Below, piece after piece: positions 57,703-64,000 of a DNA stretch of 64,000 nt. The DNA is from an uncultured Collinsella sp. (GTDB taxonomy: Bacteria; Actinomycetota; Coriobacteriia; Coriobacteriales; Coriobacteriaceae): positions 40,133 through 104,132 of the forward strand of contig UQIT01000003.1 in assembly GCA_900541175.1 (NCBI GenBank), read 5' to 3'. The notes below the pieces were generated by a model, which was not told the DNA's origin, ran no database searches, and saw only the letters and a list, made by a program, of their open reading frames with translations. Both the position numbers and the translations under genes were made by a program. The first letter of the stretch is position 1; each line of letters opens with the position of its first letter.

Positions 57703-58455
57703 ATGGTTGATAAAAAGCAGATTTCCAAGCTCTACTCAGCCGCAAAGCTATCCGAAACCGAGCAAAGCGTACTCGAATACCTACTCAACAATATCGACAC
57801 CCTCGATGATATTGGCATAAAACCCGTCGCCATGGCATGCTTTACCAGCATGACGACAGTCATTAGGCTTTCGAAAAAGCTCGGCTACCGTGGCTACCGC
57901 GAAATGATGTACGATCTCAAGCACCTTCAGCATGTCTCCCGCGAAATGAATCAATCACTCAAAGACAGTAGCGTCCACTTCGTATGTCACACCGGAGATG
58001 TAGACGTATTCATCGCCGCACTGCATCGCAACAGAATGATCGGAGTAAACGGAGAGGGCTTCTCACGCATCGTTGCGCAGTACATGGCGACTAAGCTCGT
58101 TGGACTTGGCTTTTTGGCCGTCATACAGGACTTCCTAGAAACCGATCAGTTTGTCGAATCCAACCGAAATACGCTCAGCTGCATGATGCTCATATCCAAA
58201 TCGGGCCAGACAGAAGCCATCCTGGAAACCGCAAGGGCATGCCACGACGCGGGCATTACGACCCTCGCTTTTACCGGCAACGAAGACAGCGAGCTCGCCA
58301 AGACGGCAGACGCGATCTTTACGATACATGACGATCACCCAATGGATCTTAAGAACGTTAAGCCTAACTGCTTTACCGGAAGTTGCATTCTCGCATTCGA
58401 AGAACTATTGAGTATCTGCCTTGACAATCTAAAACAAGAAGGCTTGGCCCCCTAA
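57703..58455 (+). CDS. MurR/RpiR-family transcriptional regulator (HTH plus SIS domain).
   Basis: MVDKKQISKLYSAAKLSETEQSVLEYLL, with a SIS domain after it. AAGGAAG RBS upstream. Confidence 0.8.
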   Translation: MVDKKQISKLYSAAKLSETEQSVLEYLLNNIDTLDDIGIKPVAMACFTSMTTVIRLSKKLGYRGYREMMYDLKHLQHVSREMNQSLKDSSVHFVCHTGDVDVFIAALHRNRMIGVNGEGFSRIVAQYMATKLVGLGFLAVIQDFLETDQFVESNRNTLSCMMLISKSGQTEAILETARACHDAGITTLAFTGNEDSELAKTADAIFTIHDDHPMDLKNVKPNCFTGSCILAFEELLSICLDNLKQEGLAP

Positions 58456-58517
58456 ATCATGCGATAGGAAGCCAAGCCCTGGAATTGCACTATGCAATTG
58501 CAAGCCACTTGCGCGTT

Positions 58518-60182
58518 TTACTCGTCACCGAGAACGTCGTGCACCTCAGAAGCGACTTCGCCGACACGAGGACCGTAAACGACCTGGATTGCCTTGTCGC
58601 TCAGGCGGATAACGCCCATAGCTTCAAGATTCTTGGTGAACACCTCGTCGTCTGCAACCTTAGAACCATCCTTGACAATCACGCGAAGACGTGAGATGCA
58701 GTTGTCAAGATCATCAATGTTGTCGGCTCCACCAAGCGCTTCGACAATGCCGACAGCAAGCGCGCTGTCCTTGGTCGCATGGCCCTGGACTGCCTTCTCG
58801 GGAGTGCTACCAGACTCGCCCTTTGCCTCAGCGGCCTTTGCCTCGAACTCGGCTCTGCTGTTGATCAACTCAATATCGTCACCATCATCTCGACCGGGCG
58901 TCTTGATATCGAACTTAGTAATAAAGAACCGGAAGAGGAAGAAAGCTGCCAGGAAAAAGGCGGGGAGCAAAATAAGGTACGGAAGCAGATTAAGCTTCTC
59001 GGGGCGGAATAAGAATGGGATCAGGTCCTTGATATTTCCCTGGTACACCGAAACGCCCATTGCTTCCGAGAGAACTTCACCCAGTCCGGAAAGCGGAGCG
59101 TAAACGCCAAAGTAGAGCCAGGGGGCGGCAAACAGGAACGTAAAGAGAATAGGCTCCGTAACACCAAAGAAAACAGTCGAAATCACTGTGGGGATTAAAA
59201 GACCAGCAACCTTCTTGCGGTTCTGGGGCTTGGCACAAGACCACATAGCAAGGGCGATGCCCGGGAACAACGCATAATCGTTAATGCCATAACCAGCCAT
59301 GAAGGCCCTAACCAAGAGCTTGTCGCTGCTGGGAGAAGCGAACTGTGCAAGCTGAATGGCGCTATTGCCCACCACGCGCGTTCCATCGACGACCATGGAG
59401 CCGCCAAGCTCAGTCCAATACATGGGCGTCTCGAGCAGCGGATGCAAGCCAAACGGCACAAGGCTCTCGAGCACCCAGCGATAGACAAACGTACCGACCA
59501 GACCGGAGCCTTTCACGAACGTCGCAATACCCGAGAAGCATCCACCGATGACGGGCCAGACGAAGTACATGATGCCGCCCAGGATGCCACCGGCGACCAG
59601 CGATACAATGGGGACCGTTCGACTGCCCGCAAAAAACGCCAGCGCCGTCGGAAGCTTGGTCTTGTAAAAACGGCCGGTGATCCAAGCGACCAGGCAGCCC
59701 ACGATAATGCCGCCAAAGACACCAGAGCTGTAGCCAAAAAAGCCGAGCGAGGTAGTGTAGAGTGCGGACTGCTCACTCGCCTGAATGGACGTAAGGCCGA
59801 CCTTCTGAAGAGCTTCCACCGTTGTATTGTCGGCAGCCAAGCCAGCTGCTCCAAGCAGAATCTCAACCGTCTTGAGCATGGTGAGATAGCAGACAAGGGC
59901 AGAAAAGGCAGCCCAGCCCTTCTCTTTGCGAGACAAGGAGAAGGCGCAGCCGACGGCAAACAAAACACCGAGGTTTCCAATGATTACCTCGCCGAGACCC
60001 TTAAATACCGAGAAGAACGTAAAGAGCGGCGAAGCGGCATACCAGTCCCAATTAACGCCAAGGGACACAAGGGTCAGTTCGGTCGTAAAAACGCTACCGA
60101 TACCCAAAAAGAGACCGGAAATGGCAATGAGCGTAATCGGAACGAGCATTGCCTTTCCGAACGATTGGAATTTTTCTTTCAT
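58518..60182 (-). CDS. PTS alpha-glucoside/maltose-family transporter subunit EIICB.
   Basis: EIIC core (GVTEPILF) and a C-terminal EIIB with the phospho-Cys motif NCISRLR. GAGGAGGG RBS precedes ATG at 60182. Confidence 0.85.
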   Translation of the reverse strand: MKEKFQSFGKAMLVPITLIAISGLFLGIGSVFTTELTLVSLGVNWDWYAASPLFTFFSVFKGLGEVIIGNLGVLFAVGCAFSLSRKEKGWAAFSALVCYLTMLKTVEILLGAAGLAADNTTVEALQKVGLTSIQASEQSALYTTSLGFFGYSSGVFGGIIVGCLVAWITGRFYKTKLPTALAFFAGSRTVPIVSLVAGGILGGIMYFVWPVIGGCFSGIATFVKGSGLVGTFVYRWVLESLVPFGLHPLLETPMYWTELGGSMVVDGTRVVGNSAIQLAQFASPSSDKLLVRAFMAGYGINDYALFPGIALAMWSCAKPQNRKKVAGLLIPTVISTVFFGVTEPILFTFLFAAPWLYFGVYAPLSGLGEVLSEAMGVSVYQGNIKDLIPFLFRPEKLNLLPYLILLPAFFLAAFFLFRFFITKFDIKTPGRDDGDDIELINSRAEFEAKAAEAKGESGSTPEKAVQGHATKDSALAVGIVEALGGADNIDDLDNCISRLRVIVKDGSKVADDEVFTKNLEAMGVIRLSDKAIQVVYGPRVGEVASEVHDVLGDE

Positions 60183-60496
60183 CAATTCCCTCCTCAATGA
60201 GCCTCTACAAACGACTATTGCATCCCACGTCCCCACACAGGCGAAACGGAAGACATGTTCGGCAATAGAAACAAAGTGATTGTAGAAAGGGGCGCACAAA
60301 ATACGCATCGACATCGCGTAATACGGTTAAATCGACCGACGATTGCAAGTATTTACGAATCCGTAAACGGCAGCAAATAGGCAGCGAACGGCAATCTGCA
60401 GCGTAGGACAGTCCCCGCAGGCCGACAATTGACGGTATTTTGGCTCATTTTTATTGAATTGTTGCTCGCCCAAAAGCGCGGAGCATCAACGCGCCC

Positions 60497-62908
60497 CTAA
60501 GCCAATCCCAGCAATATGCCCGCCGAATGCACGACAAACGCCACGATCCAGGCGACCGTCACTTGAAATGCGAATACGGCCACGGCGTAGCGCGCGCCCA
60601 GCTCGCTCTTGACGGCGCCGATGGCAGCCACGCAGGGCGGATACAGCAGCGTGAAGACCAAAAACACGTAGGCGGTGAACGGCGAAAACATGGTCGACAA
60701 CACCGCAGGCGAGGTCGCGCCCAAAAGCACCGTGAGGGTCGAGATGACGCTCTCCTTGGCGATAAGTCCGGTGACGAGCGCCGTGGATGCACGCCAGTCG
60801 CCAAAGCCGAGCGGTGCCAGCGCCGGCGCGATAATGCTACCCAGACCGGCAAGTAGACTCTGCGACTGATCGGCGACCACATTAAAGCGAATGTCGAACG
60901 TCTGAAGGAACCAGATGACCACGGTAGCAGCAAAGATAATGGTAAAGGCTTTGGTAATAAAGTCTTTGGCCTTATCCCATGCCAGCATCACCGTCGTCTT
61001 GACGCTCGGCAGGCGGTAATTGGGAAGCTCCATGATAAACGGCACCGGGTCGCCTTTAAATGCCGTGCGGTTAAGCACCAAAGCCGCGATGCAACCAACC
61101 GCAATGCCAATCAGATAGAGCGAGACCATGGCGGGGACCGTCGCCTGCGGGAAGAATGCTCCGCACAGCAAGCCGTAAACCGGCAGCTTGGCCGAGCAGC
61201 TCATGAACGGCGTGAGCATGACGGTCATCTTGCGGTCGTGCTCGGATGGGAGCGTACGGGTCGACATGATAGCCGGCACGGTGCAGCCAAACCCGACGAG
61301 CATGGGCACAAAGCTGCGGCCCGAAAGGCCAAAGCGGCGAAGCACCTTATCCATGACAAAGGCAACACGCGCCATGTAGCCCGAGTCCTCCAGAATGGAG
61401 AGGAACAAAAAGAGCACGACGATAATCGGCAGGAAGGTCAGCACGCTGCCCACGCCCGTAAGCACGCCGTCGACAGCCAGCGAGCGCACTACGTCGTTGG
61501 TGCCGAACGCCTTGAGACCCGCATCGGCCGAGGCGATGATGGCAGCGATGCCGTCCTCCATAAGTCCCTGCAACGCCGCGCCGATCACGCCAAACGTCAG
61601 CCAAAAGACGAGACCCATGATCACCAGGAACGCCGGGATAGCCGTGTAGCGACCCGTCAGGATGCGGTCAATCTTGACGGAGCGCACGTGCTCGCGGCTC
61701 TCGTGCGGCTTGACGACGCAACGCCCGCACACGTCGCCGATAAAGCCGAAGCGCATGTCAGCCAGCGCAGATAGACGGTCGGTGCCGGCCTCGCCCTCCA
61801 TTTGGCTAATGATGTGCTCGATGGCGTCGAGCTCGTTGCGGTCCAGGTGAAGCGCCTCGGTCACCAGCTCGTCGCCCTCAACCAGCTTGGTCGCCGCAAA
61901 ACGCACGGGAATGTGCGCCGTCGCGGCATGGTCCTCGATAAGGTTGGCGATGCCGTGAATGCAGCGATGCAGCGCGCCGCCGTCCGGACCATCGGGCGCG
62001 CAGAAGTCCAGGCGACCGGGACGCTCGCGGAACCGCGCCACGTGCAAGGCATGATCCACCAACTCGCCAATACCCTCGTTGCGGGCAGCACTAATGGGAA
62101 CAACAGGCACGCCCAGCAGGCTCTCGAGCAGGTTGACGTCCACGGCGCCGCCGTTGGCGGTCACCTCGTCCATCATGTTGAGCGCGATGACCATAGGACG
62201 GTCAAGCTCCATGAGCTGCAGTGTCAGGTACAGGTTACGCTCGATGTTGGTGGCGTCAATGATGTCGATGATGGCGTCCGGGCGTTCGTCAAGGATGAAC
62301 TGACGGCTCACGACCTCTTCGCCTGTGTACGGCGACAGGGAGTAAATGCCGGGCAGGTCGGTAACGCTCGCCTCGGGATGGTTACGGATGGTGCCATCTT
62401 TGCGGTCGACCGTCACGCCGGGAAAGTTACCGACGTGCTGGTTGGAGCCCGTCAGCTGGTTGAATAACGTGGTCTTGCCGCAGTTTTGGTTGCCGGCGAG
62501 GGCAAAGTGCAGCGGCGCGCCCTCGGGCACGGCCGTCTTTGCCGCACGGGGCGAATACGTCCCCTCGCCCAGGGCCGGATGCTCCGTCGTGCCGATTGCG
62601 GCGTTAGCGCGCGGACCCGTATCGGTGTCGTGAATACCCACGAGCTCGATGCGAGCGGCATCGTCCTTGCGCAGTGTCAACTCGTAGCCACGCAGGCGGA
62701 TCTCGAGCGGATCGCCCATGGGGGCGTACTTCATCATGGTGACTTCGGTGCCCGGCGTTAGACCCATGTCCAAAATATGCTGTCGGAGTGCCTGATCGTC
62801 CGATGCCACCGATGCGACAACGGCGTCCTTTCCAATCTCGAGTGTATCGAGCCTCACGTCCGCGTTCCTCCCCCGGCGCCCACAGGGCGTTGTATTTATG
62901 TTCACCAT
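60497..62908 (-). CDS. feoAB: Ferrous iron transporter: FeoA domain fused to FeoB.
   Basis: N-terminal FeoA SH3-like domain (LDMGLTPGTEVTMMKYAPMGDPLEIRLRGYELTLRKDDAARIELV), a G-domain P-loop (GNQNCGKTTLFN) and a C-terminal gate region. ATG at 62908. Confidence 0.85.
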   Translation of the reverse strand: MVNINTTPCGRRGRNADVRLDTLEIGKDAVVASVASDDQALRQHILDMGLTPGTEVTMMKYAPMGDPLEIRLRGYELTLRKDDAARIELVGIHDTDTGPRANAAIGTTEHPALGEGTYSPRAAKTAVPEGAPLHFALAGNQNCGKTTLFNQLTGSNQHVGNFPGVTVDRKDGTIRNHPEASVTDLPGIYSLSPYTGEEVVSRQFILDERPDAIIDIIDATNIERNLYLTLQLMELDRPMVIALNMMDEVTANGGAVDVNLLESLLGVPVVPISAARNEGIGELVDHALHVARFRERPGRLDFCAPDGPDGGALHRCIHGIANLIEDHAATAHIPVRFAATKLVEGDELVTEALHLDRNELDAIEHIISQMEGEAGTDRLSALADMRFGFIGDVCGRCVVKPHESREHVRSVKIDRILTGRYTAIPAFLVIMGLVFWLTFGVIGAALQGLMEDGIAAIIASADAGLKAFGTNDVVRSLAVDGVLTGVGSVLTFLPIIVVLFLFLSILEDSGYMARVAFVMDKVLRRFGLSGRSFVPMLVGFGCTVPAIMSTRTLPSEHDRKMTVMLTPFMSCSAKLPVYGLLCGAFFPQATVPAMVSLYLIGIAVGCIAALVLNRTAFKGDPVPFIMELPNYRLPSVKTTVMLAWDKAKDFITKAFTIIFAATVVIWFLQTFDIRFNVVADQSQSLLAGLGSIIAPALAPLGFGDWRASTALVTGLIAKESVISTLTVLLGATSPAVLSTMFSPFTAYVFLVFTLLYPPCVAAIGAVKSELGARYAVAVFAFQVTVAWIVAFVVHSAGILLGLA

Positions 62909-62933
62909 GGCTAACCGTTTGCCATGGCTAACC
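62905..62933. promoter_or_regulatory. Direct repeat CCATGGCTAACC-gtttg-CCATGGCTAACC overlapping the feoAB start codon; possible metalloregulator box.
   Basis: Exact 12-mers at 62905-62916 and 62922-62933. GGCTAACC resembles a DtxR/IdeR iron-box half-site. Confidence 0.45.
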
Positions 62934-63030
62934 AATTTTAAGCTTACATGATAGCGTGAACACACAACGACGTTCAATCGACAGATCGGTGCAAGGGGAA
63001 TTCTGGGCCATTGCTTCCCAGACGGGCCTG

Positions 63031-63230
63031 TTGCGGAAACCGAATCCCACTCCGGAACACCTAAACGGGACGGGCTTTCCGGTTGAGGCATCTAGCGGAA
63101 ACTGCAGCCCGGAATCGGCGCTCAGACTGGGATGCGATTTCCCGATCGAGCCCCTCGGGGAAACTGCGACCCGGAATCTGCGCCCAAAACGGGTCACGAT
63201 TTCCCAAACGGGACGTGGTTTCCCGCGGGA
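63031..63230. repeat. Three imperfect tandem copies of a ~63-bp unit (GCGGAAACTGC..CCCGGAATC.GCGC....GGG....CGATTTCCC) upstream of feoAB.
   Basis: Units at about 63031-63095, 63096-63157 and 63158-63230. Each has internal dyad ends GGAAAC...GTTTCC / GATTTCCC. Confidence 0.6.
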
Positions 63231-63297
63231 GCAGAAACAGCCGCCCGCTCCCTCGACAAAATGATCCATTTTCCTCCGTCTCCAACAGATCAAAACG

Positions 63298-63364
63298 AAG
63301 TTGCGGTGGAATAGTTCCTGTTTAAAGCCCCGTGACTTTAATTGGAACTATTTCACCGCAAGTT
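63298..63364. repeat. Palindromic element D, copy 2.
   Basis: GAAGTTGCGGTGGAATAGTTCCTG ... GGAACTATTTCACCGCAAGTT. It lies 34 bp after the stop of the hydrolase gene. Confidence 0.7.
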
Positions 63365-63397
63365 ATGAGGGACGGGATGGGGCTGGCCCTCTTACTC

Positions 63398-64000
63398 TTA
63401 CAGATGGCGCTCCAGGAAGCGGAAGGCTAGGCGGATCCAGGGACGGACTGCCGCCTGCTTGTCCTCGTTGTCGACCGCGGTGTTGGCGTTGCCGAGCGAA
63501 AGGCCGTGACCACCCTGGTCGAAGACGTGCATCTCGCATGCAACGCCCTCCTCGGCCATGCGCTGCGCAAACGGGTAGACCTGCGCGATCGGCGCCGTCT
63601 TGTCGTCGGACACGCCCCACACAAAGGTCGGTGGCATCTGACGCGAAGCATGCGTGGTGGGGCAGATGTCGGCCAGATGCTCGTCAGTTGCCTCGCCGCC
63701 CGTCACCATCGACAGGTAGTCGTTGAGCAAATCGCGCCCCGTCTTGCCGCCCGTCTTGGGCACACGCAAGTCAATGCGCGGATCGCGCGTCTGCATGTCA
63801 CGCACATAGGCAAAGTCGAGCAATGGATAGCCCAGCACCACGGCATCGGGACGAATGTCGTCCGGACGCGCCCCGGCAAGTGCCGCGAAGGGGCCGGTCT
63901 TCCACTGTGTTGCCAGCGAGGCGCAAATCATGCCGCCAGCAGAAAAGCCCACGACGCACACGCGCTTAGGATCGACATGCCACTCGTCGGCGTTGGCGCG
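63398..64000 (-). CDS. Alpha/beta-hydrolase fold esterase (partial; N-terminus beyond the window end).
   Basis: Nucleophile elbow GFSAGG and a C-terminal HG motif (DQGGHGLS). Confidence 0.6.
   Translation of the reverse strand, partial: RANADEWHVDPKRVCVVGFSAGGMICASLATQWKTGPFAALAGARPDDIRPDAVVLGYPLLDFAYVRDMQTRDPRIDLRVPKTGGKTGRDLLNDYLSMVTGGEATDEHLADICPTTHASRQMPPTFVWGVSDDKTAPIAQVYPFAQRMAEEGVACEMHVFDQGGHGLSLGNANTAVDNEDKQAAVRPWIRLAFRFLERHL

Noticed and set aside
62905-62933. Calling the feoAB start-codon repeat a bona fide DtxR/IdeR box.
   Set aside because: Only the GGCTAACC half resembles the iron-box consensus and the arrangement is a direct repeat rather than a palindrome. It is kept as a candidate regulatory site, not as an assigned operator.

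Overview
64 kb of high-GC (~60-65%) actinobacterial chromosome; by inference Coriobacteriia-like, no database search was possible. Almost every gene is on the minus strand. The window is dominated by the transcription/translation supercluster: rplJ-rplL, rpoB-rpoC, the str operon rpsL-rpsG-fusA, and the S10/spc block rplC through rplX. Several accessory blocks interrupt it. (1) The left edge holds a selenium-dependent molybdenum hydroxylase-type purine locus: ygfK-like (truncated), ssnA, an NCS2 nucleobase permease and a divergent YheO-like regulator. (2) A 831-aa U32-family protein sits next to an RluA-family pseudouridine synthase, followed by a DeoR regulator and a Gfo/Idh/MocA oxidoreductase. 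(3) rpsJ is attached directly to fusA with no tuf. It is separated from rplC by a ~14 kb block carrying a complete streptococcal-order FAS II cluster (fabH-acpP-fabK-fabD-fabG-fabF-accB-fabZ-accC-fused accDA), divergent birA, an orphan PTS EIIC, a CDF transporter and a histidine phosphatase. (4) A lower-GC ECF sigma / anti-sigma pair sits between rpoC and rpsL. (5) galU sits between rplL and rpoB. (6) A lower-GC (~50%) glv-like alpha-glucoside island follows: a GH4 6-phospho-alpha-glucosidase, an RpiR regulator, a PTS EIICB and a membrane protein of unknown function. (7) Near the right edge are a feoA-feoB fusion with unusual upstream repeats and a truncated alpha/beta hydrolase. The most unusual signal is non-coding. 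A family of ~120-140 bp elements with long perfect hairpins lies upstream of three ribosomal-protein operons (rplC, rpsL, rplJ); its inner stem shows compensatory base changes between copies. Other short repeat and motif families recur in ribosomal-protein intergenic regions. No tRNA, rRNA or CRISPR array was recognised. Many plus-strand ORFs in the supplied track are antisense shadows of minus-strand genes, including a 2629-aa ORF opposite rpoBC.
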